Shown here: in pieces, positions 38,239 to 50,416 of the stretch
How positions within the stretch are numbered: the stretch's first letter is position 1
Layout: each line of letters starts with the position of its first letter
Source of the DNA: Heterodontus francisci
Lineage: Eukaryota
DNA length: 64,000 bases
Assembly: GCF_036365525.1 (NCBI RefSeq)
Contig: NC_090397.1
Span: 28,828,034 to 28,892,033, forward strand
Reading direction: 5' to 3'
The notes under the pieces: generated by a model
What the model saw: the letters and a program-made list of their open reading frames with translations, nothing else
Databases searched by the model: none
What the model was told of the DNA's origin: nothing
Position numbers and translations under genes: made by a program

Positions 38239-38690
38239 TGTCAGCTGTGGCTCAGTTGGTTGTGCTCACCTTGGAGTCGGAAGGTTGTGAGTTCAAGTCC
38301 CATTGCAGAGACTTTGGCACAAAAATCCAGGGTAACACTGTTGTGCGGTACTGAGGGAGTGCTGCACTGTCAGAAGTTGCCAACTTTGGGATGGGCATTA
38401 AGCTGAGGTCCCGTCTGACACCTCTCAGGTCAACGTGGCAGTATTTTGAAGAAGATCAGGGGAGTTATTCCCAGTGTCCTGACCAATATTTATGCCTCAA
38501 CCAACAACACTAACAACAGATTATCTGGTCATTATCGTATTGCTCTTTGTGGGATCCTGCTCTGCACAAATTGGCTGCTGCGATTCCTACATTACAACTG
38601 TGACTACAGCTCAAAAAGTATTTCATTGGCTGTAAAATGCTTCGGGATGTTCTGGCATTGTGAACGGCGCTATGTAAATGCAAGTTTTTT
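38239..38690 (+). mobile_element. Deu-domain tRNA SINE (SacSINE1-like), near full length
   Basis: tRNA-like head (TGGCTCAGTTGG...GTTCAAGTCCC), conserved central body, L2-type tail GGCGCTATGTAAATGCAAGT. Confidence 0.75.
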
Positions 38691-39341
38691 TTTTTTCTTT
38701 TTACCCTAATATTGCCTGTCATTTTTAATAATTTGCAGTCAGTTTCCAACCTTAAGATCTGAATGCAAATAGCGTAAACTTGATTTGCTGAATAACAGTC
38801 AAAGGAACAAATCACAGAATCGTAGAATAATACTGCACAAAAAGAGGTCATGCCTCTTTGTGCCGATGTCAATTAATCCCACTTCCCTGTCTTTTCCCTA
38901 TTGCCCTGTAATTTTTTTTCCCTTAAAGTATTTATCCAATTCTCTTTTTGAATGTTACTATTAAATCTGCTTCCACTGCCCTTTCAGGTACTGCATTCCA
39001 GATCTCTCAAAGTAGTGTGTTTTAAAAAAAAATTGATGCAAACATTGGCTTTGAAAATTAAAAAAAAAAAAAGACAGAAATTTGACTTTCCTCTCATCTT
39101 CCAGGGTGGTACATGCTTTCAGGTCTCAACTGAATCTGCTTTTGAGTTGGCAGGTGGGAGGTGCACAACAGTGGCTAGGAAGCTTCTGTGTCACAATATG
39201 TTGTCACAACAAGCTGCATCATCAAGCTGTTAGGAAATTATCCAATCTGATTTTTCTTTTTAAATAATTTTTTAACATTATGAAATGTTGAACAAAAAAT
39301 GCCATTTGTCCTTGTATCCAGCATAAAACATTCACTATGAT

Positions 39342-40120
39342 TCACCTGCCAAAACTGAGGCACACATTATTTTGCCACATGAACATTAAAACTTAAAATC
39401 GCAAGCCCCTGACTGGAAAGACATTTTTGCATAGTAACTAGCAGTGTTGGAACAAAAGGAACCCAGCCATTGCTTCCCCAACACACAGTAGAAGTGGTCA
39501 GACTAGTTTTAGTCACATGACTAGCTGGCTGTTGAAATTTGAACTTCCAACAGGAAAATAGATCAGAACGCCATGTGCTCCTGGAACTGAAGCAAGAATT
39601 GCAGCCTTTCCTGTCTGCCTGCTCCCATCTCATTCCCACGGAACTGAATCTTGTGAAAACATGTGAAACTGAGAGAGAAAAGTCTTCTACGTGAACAAGG
39701 TTTAAGAAGAATACTAGGCCCCCAATGAAACGTAAGACCATATCTTCAATCAAGAACGACAGCGAGCTCGAAACACAGTAACAAGATATTGCCTCATACT
39801 GTTCCACTTTATCTTTTCTTCTGTTTTCTGTCCCTAACTGCATGTGTATATCGCTTGTGCATGCTAGCGTGAGCGCGAAGTATATCCATAGGCGTGAACC
39901 GTACTAAAGTTTAAGTAAGTTAATAAATTTCACTTTACTTCTTTAAACCAAAGAAAGCCTATTTTGTGCTCATTTCTTTACCTTATAATTGGAAAGCTGT
40001 GAACAAGAATGCACAAAGGGGAGCTCAAAACACACTGTGGTTAAAATTAAACCCTGTTACAATAAGACCAGGTGAAGATAGTAACAGATCCCTAGACACC
40101 TTTCTCACCTGGTCGTAACA
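39342..40120 (+). mobile_element. LTR related to 7251-8243, 5' end eroded
   Basis: Shared CACCTGCCAAAA, GCATGCTAGCGT, TTAAACCCTGTTACA and terminal CTCACCTGGTCGTAACA; no clear TSD. Confidence 0.75.
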
Positions 40121-40646
40121 CTGAAGTAAATTGAAATGCAACATTTGACACAGATTTGAACATTTTTTTTGTAAAAATGAGACCTTGTTTTGCAAGATTA
40201 AGTCCAGTATGTATTATTTCCTTTACAATCCTGTGGGTGAAGACGTGTTGAATTTGGTAACAGGTGGTGCATTTGTACTGTCGTAGTGGAGTTGAGGCCT
40301 AACCTGAGTCTAGACTGCATTGGTGGGAGACTCTCCAGGGAAGGGTACTTGGGTATGACAGCACATAGCATGTGAGGTTGAATCTGGTTTAAAAAGGGGT
40401 CCGTTGGGCTTCCTATGGATCTTTTCTTTTATAACACACTTTAAAACTTTAAATACTGGAAGGCACTGTATTTCTGCACTTAAGGATTTGTGCACACAGC
40501 TTTCTTCTGGGCAGGAGTAGCAGAATAAACAAGATTCTGTCTGTTTACAATCAACACACATTGGTTTCTTCAGTTACAATAAACCATTTACAACATATTA
40601 AAATTCTTGCATCTGGTAGACCTGTCTACAAAACTTTTTTTTATTA

Positions 40647-41965
40647 GTCATAGAATTATGCAGCACAGAAACAGGCCCTTCAGCCCATCATGTCTATGCT
40701 GGCCATCATGCACCTATCTATTCTAATCCCATTTTCCAACACTTGGCCCGTAGTCTTGTATGCTATGGCGTTTCAAGTGCTCATCTAAATACTTGTTAAA
40801 TGTTGTGAGGGTTCTTGCCTCTACCACCTCTTCAGGCAGTGCATTCCAGATTCCAACCATCCTCCGAGTGAAAAATATTTTCCTCAAATCCCCTCTAAAT
40901 CTCCTGCCCCTTACCTTAAATCTATGCCCCCTGGTTATTGACCCCTCTGCTAAGGGAAAAAGTTTCTTCCTAGCTAACCTATCAATGCCCCTCATAATTT
41001 TGTATACCTCAATCATGTCCCCCTTCAGCTTTCTGTGCTCTAAGGAAAACAACTGGAGCCTTTTCAGTCTCTCTTCATATCTGAAATGCTCCAGCCCAGC
41101 CAACATCCTGATGAATCTCCTCTGCACCCTCTCCAGTACAATCACATCCTTCCTGTTGTGTGGTGCCCAGAACTGTACACAGTACTCCAGCTGTGGCCTA
41201 ACCAGCGTTTTATACAGCTCCATCATAAGCTCCCTGCTCTTATATTTTATGCCTCGGCTAATAAAGGCAAGTATCCATATGCGTTCCTAACCACCTTAGC
41301 TACCTGTGCTGCTGCCTTTAGTGATCTATGGACAAGTGCACCAAGGTCCCTCTGACCCTCTGTACTTCCTGGGGTCCTACCATCCATTGTATACTCCCTT
41401 ACCTTGTTAGTCCTCCCAAAATGCATCACCTCACACGTCTCAGGATTAAATTCCATTTGCCACTGCTCTGCCCATTTTACTCGTCCTGTAACCTAAGACT
41501 TTCCTCCTCACTATTTAAGACACCACCAATTTTCGTGTCATCTGCGAATTTACTGATCATACTTCCTATATTCACATCTAAATCATTAATGTACACTACA
41601 AACAGCAAGGGTCCCAGCACCGATCCCTGTGGTACACCACTGGTCACAAGCTTCCACTCGCAAAAACAACCCTCTACCATCACCCTCTGCCTCCTGCCAC
41701 TAAGCCAACTTTGGATCCAATTCCTATAGTGTGGTGCCCAGGACTGTACACAGTACTCCAGCTGTGGCCTAACTAGCGTTTTACACAGCTCCATCATATC
41801 CTCCCTGCTGTTATATTCTATGCCTCGGCTAATAAAGGCAGGTATCCCATATGCCTTCCTAACCACCTTTTCTACCTGTGCTTGATTCAATGGGCTCTTA
41901 CCTTTTTAACCAATCTCCCATGCGGGACCATATTAAAAGCCTTACTGAAGTCCATGTAGACTACA
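40647..41965 (-). mobile_element. CR1 LINE 3' portion with internal duplication
   Basis: [27 protein letters not shown] motifs; segment about 41723-41882 repeats about 41150-41310. Confidence 0.9.
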
Positions 41966-42383
41966 TGGACCACACTACTTGTGTCACCTTTTTCCCAATT
42001 TATAAATTGTATCCCTACTTCTAATGGGAACTGCCTATGTAGATCTTTCATGTATAATTACACCCTCCTGCAAGTGGTAACTTGGTAGCACTCAGTTTTT
42101 TGCAACTCTCATCTCTTCAGCCTGTATAACATGAAACTTCTATGCTTCAACCAGCTTTTTAGATTTGCTTTCTAAATTGCTGTAAGTTTTGCTTAGTTTG
42201 CTAAGTTTAAAGAATCAAAGCATTACACAAAAATAAGAACCAAATGCATTAGTTTAAAATGAATTACATTTGCTTGCTCTGCTTCAATTATTTTATGCAT
42301 GTTAAATCTGCTTCACCTGAAGACACCATTTTAGTCTGGTTTGCTGTATGGAACACCACAGGAGATCAATTGGTTCATTTTGT

Positions 42384-43235
42384 TGTGATCCCCATGGAGA
42401 TCACAAACCAAAAGACCCCAATCCACTGATTGACCCCAATTTAGAAACAAAACCCCAAATGGACAAGATTTCACTTTTACAAATGTTACTTTAACACTCA
42501 AACCAAAATCAACAAAAATTAAACATGAACTAACAGTTAAATCATGGTTGATGAGATTGCTTGTTAATTATCAGGTGCAATAAAGATGGATTTCATGAGT
42601 CTTTTTCGGCAGTTCTCTTAGCAAAGATAGCACCATTTACAGCCACAAAGTCCTTCAGATATTTGAACTTTTCAAGTAGATCTCCAGATCCAGTCTTCCT
42701 AGATGCAAACACTGATTTCCATTCAATAGTTACCCTGCAATCCTGAACTCCACCGATACAGTCTCCACCAAAACTGTGCACCCTTCCAGAACTTCTGTAG
42801 TTTTGCTCACAACAGTCTTGATGGTGTAGCTGCACCAGTGTTGCCTAAAGTAACTCTTTCAATCACTGAAAATAACTGCACAACTCGTATTTGCCAAGGG
42901 CCAGCCCCCAGAATCAATTCCAATCACAGCAGCCCGTCTTTTTAAAAACAACAGCTTGCTGTTTTCTTCAAATCTCTGCAATTTGTAATCTTGTAAACTG
43001 AAATCTGAGCTCCAGTTACAAGTCTCTGGTCACACCTCTGATCATATGACTGTTTGTTTTAACTGGTCTTAACCAGTTTTGCCTTCCCCAGAACTTTGAA
43101 GCTTTCAGTTTCCTTTTCCAGTAAAGGACTGTCTCAGAAAAAATGCAAGCTTTGAATCCAAAGTCAGTGCACCTGGCAGTACATTCAATTGGTCAGCTGC
43201 TCAGGTAGTAGTCTGCACACATGGACTCCATCACA
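42384..43235. mobile_element. Possible solo LTR
   Basis: TGTGAT...ATCACA inverted termini, 852 bp, similar in size to the other solo LTRs; no matching TSD and no second copy in the window. Confidence 0.35.
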
Positions 43236-43305
43236 ATTTTGATAGCCAGCATACCAACCACTAATCTGATTATTCTCTCTCTCTTTTATTGGTTATACGG
43301 TGAAG

Positions 43306-43478
43306 AAATTTCAATCTTCAAGAAACACTCAACACCATAGGTGTAAAGGTTTGTTCTGAAATAAACCAATCCTTGACTGAACGGGGTTACCCTGTGCTTA
43401 ATAATGAAAACCAAGCAAACCTCACAGGACAAATCTGCAGCATTGAGCAAGAGAGCAACCCCGTCCGTATCCTGATCA
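43306..43478 (+). CDS. TCP11L2: TCP11L2 coding exon 8
   Basis: NFNLQETLNTIGVKVCSEINQSLTERGYPVL...NPVRILI; the only phase-compatible nearby acceptor is GAAG ending 43305; A|GTAAGT donor. Confidence 0.9.
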
Positions 43479-44595
43479 GTAAGTACAAAAATTAGCTTTG
43501 CTTATGTGTTTGTTAAATTTTCTGTCTTAATTATATGGTATAAAAAGATTTTACTGGAACTTTTTATTTCCCATTTAGTGAAAGTATGAAAGTAGTTATA
43601 ATAACAAAACACATTTTTGTGATCGGGAAAGATCAATTTCAAGCAGACTTTTGACTTTTTAAAAACAAAATTGAACTTAATCCATTGTTATTTGGATAAT
43701 GTCAGCTCTGGTATTTGAGTTCAGATCTCCACCTCATCTCTCTTTCTCACAGATGTGATTCTCTGCAGTACCAATCAGGAAGTATCTCTTAGTGATGTAG
43801 AATGTTACAGCACAGAAGGTGGCCATTTGGCCCATGCCTCTGCTGACTCTTTGAAAGAGCTATCTAATTAGTTCCACTCCCCTGCTGTTTTCCCATAGCC
43901 CTGCAAATTTTTCCCCTTCAAGCATTTATCTAATTCCCTTTTGAAAACTATTATTGAATCTGCTTCCACTACCCTTTCAGGTAGTGCATACCAGAGCACA
44001 ACAATTCCACATCTACCCTGTGATTCTTTTGCCAATTATCTTAAAGCTGCGCCCTCTGGTTACTAACCCTTCTGTCACTGGAAACAGTTTCTCCACATTT
44101 AATCTGTCAAAATCCTTCATGATTTTGAACACCTCCATTATATCTCCCCTTAACCTTATCACTTGCCTGAAAGGACTTAGATGACAAATGACAGTTAATC
44201 ACACTTTAGCAAGGTGCGAGCAGTGGCTTCAACTGCCCAAAATTAATGTTGGGGAAATAAATTTTCCGATCATAGGTGGTTACCTGTGGTAAGTGGGGAA
44301 GGTGTAAATGGTGGGGACAGTACAAAGTTCGACCCTCAGCTAGGAATTTACAAAAATTCTAATTGATTCACTTCTCTGAATCCAGCAGTTGTAGATGTTG
44401 AGAATCTCACGAGTGTCTAACCTCCTGGCAGGGTGCCAAAACTTGGGGACTATTTGCAATAGCCAAACTTTTGCAGTGCATTACAGGGGATCAACTGCAG
44501 TACCTCCATGAATCAAAACCTTGCTATTCAATGTCAATTTACACTATTAGAAATTAGGTAGCATGGGTAAAAACTTAGACTTGGAAATTCCATCT

Positions 44596-44754
44596 CTTCT
44601 CTTCTTTGGCCTCCTTGTCTCGGGAGACAATGGGTAAGCGCCTAGAGGTGGTCAGTGGTTTGTGGAGCAGCGCCTGGAGTGGCTATAAAGGCCAATACTA
44701 GAGTGACAGACTCTTCCACAGGTGCTGCAGAAAAAATTGGTTGTCGGGGCTGTT
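44596..44754 (-). mobile_element. RTE LINE 3' stub (159 bp)
   Basis: Near-identical to 14535-14695; 17-bp TSD ACTTGGAAATT(C/G)CATCT (44579-44595, 44755-44771). Confidence 0.92.
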
Positions 44755-45293
44755 ACTTGGAAATTGCATCTATATTTCAGAAAAATAACTAGAGCAGCAG
44801 GCAGGTGCCCATCAAAAATGAAGGGGAGTAGGGAGTGATAACTATTTAAGCCTTCTAGATTTTTGACTTTGTATGCAGTTATGTAAATAGAACAGTACGT
44901 TTTTAAAGAATATGCTTGACTTGGATAATGGGAAAAGTGGAGAAGATCCTGGAGCGATTGAGGGAAGGTAAGCAAAATTTGGATCTGCATTTAGACTTTT
45001 GACAGGGTTTCCTACTTGTGTGTTCACCAGCCTATAATATTCCTGTCCATTTAGAATGAATAGGGTGTGAGGCAAAATTGTGGGCTGGCATAAGGACTTT
45101 GTAATTTTTTAAGTGTAACTATACCTAATCTAGAATTGTGTAAACTTGCACATTTTGCACAGTGGCTATTGGGCTTGATTTTAATCCATTCATGGTCAGT
45201 GGGTGGAAATTATGGCCCAATCATGACTTTAAATATGATCCAACTTTCTGTGCTCCTTTGATATTTAAGATGAATGCCTTAATTAATTTTCAG

Positions 45294-45535
45294 ATAACCG
45301 GATTGAACAGTATGTAAGAAACTTGCTCAGCGTACCAAATCTGCCAAAGACTGTTTCAGTTGTTCCAGGAGGTCTTGCACCCATTCAAGCTGAACTGGAG
45401 GAGATCGGATCCCAGTATGTCAGTATTATTAAATACAACATACAGGTGTATGGGCCATTTTACTCTGGCATTTTGCGAAAACTGCTGTTCAATAATCTAG
45501 CATTGGCAGGTACCACAGCATCACATTCTCCTTGA
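45294..45535 (+). CDS. TCP11L2: TCP11L2 final coding exon; joined CDS is 1560 nt = 519 aa + stop
   Basis: TTTTCAG acceptor; NRIEQYVRNLL...PGGLAPIQAELEEIGSQY...QVYGPFYSGILRKLLF; TGA at 45533-45535. Exon lengths 160+133+121+221+137+191+182+173+242. Confidence 0.95.
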
Positions 45536-47150
45536 GTGGAGAAGGTTAATAAAAGGGAGCACGCATATTCTGGTTTGTAGTGTTTTTTGTATTGCATCTT
45601 TGTATGTTGACTGTGTGGAATAGTCTGCTTATCACTTAAATGCATTTGGATAATTGCAAATATATAACATTTACTGCGCTTTTGCAAAGCCACCCAATTA
45701 TATCATAAAACTTATTTAATATCATTTGAAAATAAATTTATACATTGTATTTGTACTAGATAATTGCGGCCTTACTCAATTTTTTTTTAAATTGGCCGTC
45801 ACTTTTAACTTGTGCCCTGATTTTAAAAATAAATTTTAACAGGATTATAAAATTGCTTAGTATTTTTCTATTAAGTGAGAATCAAAACATTTCTGTTTTT
45901 AAAGTAAATTAATACTTTTATATATGATGTCAAAGACTGAAAATTAGCAGTTTGGTTTAATGACTGAAGAAAGAATCCAGTGAAATCTGTTTCAGATTGG
46001 TTGAGGTAGTTAATATATCAGCAGCAACTCCTCATTGTACAAACTGCATTTATTCATTGGCCCTCAATTTAACATTTTGCTTTTCACTTTTCTGTATTTG
46101 GGGTTTAATGGTGCTTCAGGAGCAGTCCATAGGTTTTACAAACATTTATGATCAGTAAAAACTTGAAAGTAGCTTCAACATAAAATTATTTTAAAAAGTA
46201 GCACTAATTGTTTGTTGTATTCTTTACATGCATTTTTCCTATGTATCTAGTTTGGGTTTGTTGCGTAAACTTTTATTCTGTAAATGTTGTTTATAGTTCC
46301 ACTTGCTTGGAACAGGATTTGTAATGTCAAACTACAACATGTAGTTGGTGCCACACCTTTGTTGTAATTGATGCATTTTCTTCATTGCAGGAGACTGATT
46401 TGTGCATGTTTTTTTGATTTGCTTAACATGAGACCTGAGCTGGTTGGAACAGTGTTGCACGACTGTATTTGTTAATCTTGTCATTTATGTTGCAGACTGC
46501 TGACTGTCAAACTGGTGCTAAGTTTACTGTTAACTGACATGAGCAGTCTTTTTTAAAATCAAAAATATACTTTTTCATTTTACAGTAGCAGGTTTGTAGC
46601 CAATAACTTGTAAATTTTAGGTACTGAAGTACTTTTTGTTATGAACTGAACGTGAGTAACATTGGCTGTTGTTCATCTGTGGCTTTTCTTGAGTAACTTT
46701 CCTGACCAAAGCAAGAAGAGCGTTCTTCACCACCCCCTGTACTTGATTTATCTGTGGTCTTTAAGTTTTCAGTAGTGGGTAGAAGATTCATGTAATATAC
46801 AGTTTAAAATCATTCAAAGCTTTTTAAAAAAGCAACTCAATTTAATATTCACATTTACAGTATGGGATGGATTTTCATCTTTACTGGCTGGTAATTCAGC
46901 ATCAGCTTGATAGCGTGCAGAGAAGAAAATCAGACTGCATGATTGCATGGTTATACTGGAGCAACTTAATTGGAAGGAAATTAAGATGAATTCCATTAAG
47001 GGCATTCAATTACATCCACCCATTTTTCTTCTCTATTCTGTCCAAACATTAACCTAAATCTACCCCTTTATTTCTTGGACTGAATGGAACTTAAGACTAA
47101 CCCTTAACTTAATAAAAGCGAGTCATGTTATTGTTGTGTAAAATAAACAG
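45536..47150 (+). other. Probable TCP11L2 3' UTR with several candidate AATAAA signals
   Basis: AT-rich stretch without recognisable repeats; AATAAA at 45548, 45731, 47111 and about 47142. True end unknown. Confidence 0.5.
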
Positions 47151-47677
47151 TAGAAAAGGCTGCAATTGTGCTTTGTTTATCCTGCCCCAAACCTCAACTC
47201 AAAAGAGGCCAATACCCCTACAGCTTTATCCATTACTGGCATTTATTCAAGGCTGAGGTAGAAGCAAAAATCCTGGACATTGATATTAATTTAAGTAGGT
47301 GAGATGGATATTTGGAAATGGAAGCCTTGTTCAGTACCAATCTGAAGGACAGCTGTGGAGGAAAAAGCTGATGTTAAACCTCAGTCAAATTGAGAACAAA
47401 AATCCAAAACTGCGTGGAAAGAGATGGTGCTCTCATTCTATTTGCTATGCTTCAAATCTCTCCTCAGTTCTTCGTAGTTGATGGCAAAACTGATACTGTA
47501 TAAAAATGAGGTTATAACTAAGTATGAAGTTTTATATTTAATAAAATCATAAATGGAGTCTGTGTTTTAATATTTATTTCATAATCTTGAAAGCAGTTTT
47601 CCCAATATCTCCAAAATATAGGCAAGGTACAGAACATGATAACTTGTGAATTTCATGACTTCTGTATCACGTCTTTA

Positions 47678-48822
47678 AAAATAGACTTGCATTTCCATAG
47701 TGGCTTTCATAAACATAGGACGTTCCAAACCACTTTACAGCCAATGAAGTGCAGTTGTAATGTAGTAAATGCAGCTGCCAATTTATGCATAGCAAGGTCC
47801 CACAAACAGCAATACGATACTGATCAGATAATATGTATTTGCGATGTTGACTGAGGGGAAAATAGTGGCCAGGATGCTGGGAATAACTTCCCTGCTCCTC
47901 TTCAAAATAGCACTACAGTATCTTTTACATCCATCCAACAGAGGGGAGATGGGGCCTCAGTTTAACTTTTTTCATTTGAAAGACTGTGGGCTGGTTTTAC
48001 CTTAGGCGGACGGGAATTCGTCACCGATGTAAAAGTCCGTGGCAAACCCGCTTCTTCCTAGCTCAGGGATATGTCCTGCATTTTACGGGTCCCCGGGCTT
48101 TAATTGTTCCGAGGCGGGACTTCCACCCGCTTGAGGGAGGCAGTCCCGCCTCAGTGAGCTACTTTCCAATCAATAGGCTGGCAGCTCTGAGTCCCAGCAG
48201 TGCCACCGGGAGCGGTGGCCACTGCTGGGACTGCAGTCCAGCCGATGCCATGGAGCCAGGACTTCAGGTAAGTTGGTCATGCCTCACCAGGGGATCGGTC
48301 GTTCTCTGGTGAGGCTGGAGGGGGGGTTTCTTGGGTCCCAGGGTGGGTTGGGAGGTGGGGGCGGCCCTCAATCAGGCACCCTGTGCCCGATTGCCATGGC
48401 CCCCCGCCCCCCCAACCCCTGGGCGCGAGGAAAGGCTGGCAGCTATTGCTGCGCAGCCTTTTATGTCCCCAACAGGCCTGCTTGCCACAGGCAAAATACC
48501 CATGGAGGTGGGCGAGGGCCCTTAAGTGACTACTTGAGGGCCTTGATAGGCCATGGGTGAGCGGGTTGTTTCCCTCCCCCCTGCCGCCCCCCCCTCCCCC
48601 AACCAGTGAGCCTCCTGCTCAATTTTGCACCACTCCCCACGCCACAATCCGACCTACTGGGACGGTGTAAAATTCAGCCCTGTGCCTCCAACAGTGCAGC
48701 ACTCTCTTAGTACTGCATTGGAGTATCAGTGTAGTTTTTGTGTTCAAGTCCCAGTGGGGGACTTAAACCCATAATCTTCTGACTTGGAGGCAAGAGTGCT
48801 ACCAACTGAGCCACAGCTGACA
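47678..48822 (-). mobile_element. Deu-domain SINE split by a MITE insertion
   Basis: 47678-47987 and 48681-48822 join into a copy collinear with 16846-17275. Confidence 0.75.
47988..48680. mobile_element. GC-rich MITE (PIF/Harbinger-like), 693 bp
   Basis: Termini GGGCTGGTTTTAC / GTAAAATTCAGCCC; 3-bp TSD TGT (47985-47987, 48681-48683). Confidence 0.75.
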
Positions 48823-49189
48823 CTGATCAGCTAGCTCCCTGTCCAAATTTCTGCTAATGTTGGTTGGGGCCAGAATCCACAAGATGACTCCATAACCAGC
48901 AGAGCTTTCATGAGCTGATGTTTCTAATCTATCTCCTCATACAATGAGACAATGTATGTACACTAGATGTGCATGATTCTGGGTCACTTGAGATGCTAAT
49001 GGTGGAAATATTAAATCTGAAGTTGCTCTTGTTCAAAATATCATTTTTAGCAGTAGAGCAGGAAGACACATGATTGTGCATCAATAAGAGAGCACGTATA
49101 GTGTAGGACAGCCTCAAATTGTTTGTCATTGTGCTTTTCCAGCTTTTTGTGTTGTAGTCTAGCTCTGTTCATATGAACTTTTAAAAAAA

Positions 49190-49800
49190 AACATATGAAT
49201 TAGGAGCAGGAGTAGGCCACTTGGCCCTTTGAGCCTGCTCCACCATTCAACAAGATCATGGCTGCTCTGATTGTAACTTCAACTCCACATTCCCACCTAC
49301 CCCCCAATAACCTTTAACCCCTTTGCTTATTAAGAATCAATCTACCTCTTGTCTTAAAAATATTCAAAGACTCTGCTTCAACTGCCTTTTGAGGAAAAGT
49401 TCCAAAGACTCGCACCCCTGTAAGAAAAAAAATTTCTCCTGATCTGTTTTAAATGGGCGACCCTTATTTTTAAACAGTGATCCCTAGTTCGAGATTCTCC
49501 CACAAGAGGAAACATCGTTTCCACATCCAACCTGCCAAGACCTCTCACAATCTTATATGTTTCAATTAAGTCACCTCTTACTCTTATTCTACAAGCCTAA
49601 CCTGTCCAACCTTTCTTCATAAAACAATCGCCCATTTCAGTTATTAGTCTAGTAAAACTTTCTCTGAACTGTTTCCAATGCATTTACATCCTTCCTTAAA
49701 TAAGGAGACCAATACTGTACACTACTCCAGATGTGGTCTCACCAATGTCCTGTATAACTGAAGCATAACCTCCCTACTTTTGTATTAAATTCCCCTCACA
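49190..49800 (-). mobile_element. CR1 LINE 3' fragment
   Basis: Reverse complement parallels about 5830-6458. Confidence 0.88.
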
Positions 49801-49944
49801 ATGAGGCACAGAAAAATTCTCCATGCATGTTGCAGCTCACATTGATCCTGGTCTACTCAGAACTGGTTTCTGTAGATTAATAATAGGGATCCAGTTGGAG
49901 ATTAGTGAAAACATGTAACAGTTCTACTGAGATGGACTGCAGGG

Positions 49945-50170
49945 GTCGTCATCGGCTGTCCCTCGATTTGAAGATGACATCTACTCAGGGTCGCAAGATT
50001 CTGGCATGGGTCTGCATGTGACTGAACAGGCCGATTCTTGACCTGCAGATCTTTGGGCACGTGGGACACTACATCCCACAAGGTAGTGGGATCTGGAGAG
50101 CAGGATTTGCTTCCTCTTTGCTGCCGCTCTGCCTCATCATTAAGGCGTTTGGACTCAAAGGACTGCATGT
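49945..50170 (-). mobile_element. 3' end of a second, older RTE-like family
   Basis: Minus strand encodes KICRSRIGLFSHMQTH followed by a GATGAC-type tail. Confidence 0.6.
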
Positions 50171-50416
50171 GTACTTGGGTCCTTGCATGCTTACTTTAAA
50201 AAAATGAAATTAGTGTTCATCAAGGTGAATGGCAGCAATCCAACTGTCTGATAGCTTTTGTACCCAGTATTTCGAAGCATAAGTAACAGTAAAATAAATC
50301 TTAGTATGCCAGCTATAACAGCAGTGTTCTGCTTTAATTTCTCTACACTTGGGCCATTTTAACTGAAATTATTTAGTGCAAATTTATGGACAATTGCACA
50401 AATGTAATATGGTTAC

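Noticed and set aside
44496-44508. TGCAGTACCTCCA resembling the U2 snRNA 3' end
   Set aside because: Only about 13 nt match; flanks do not follow the recalled U2 sequence.
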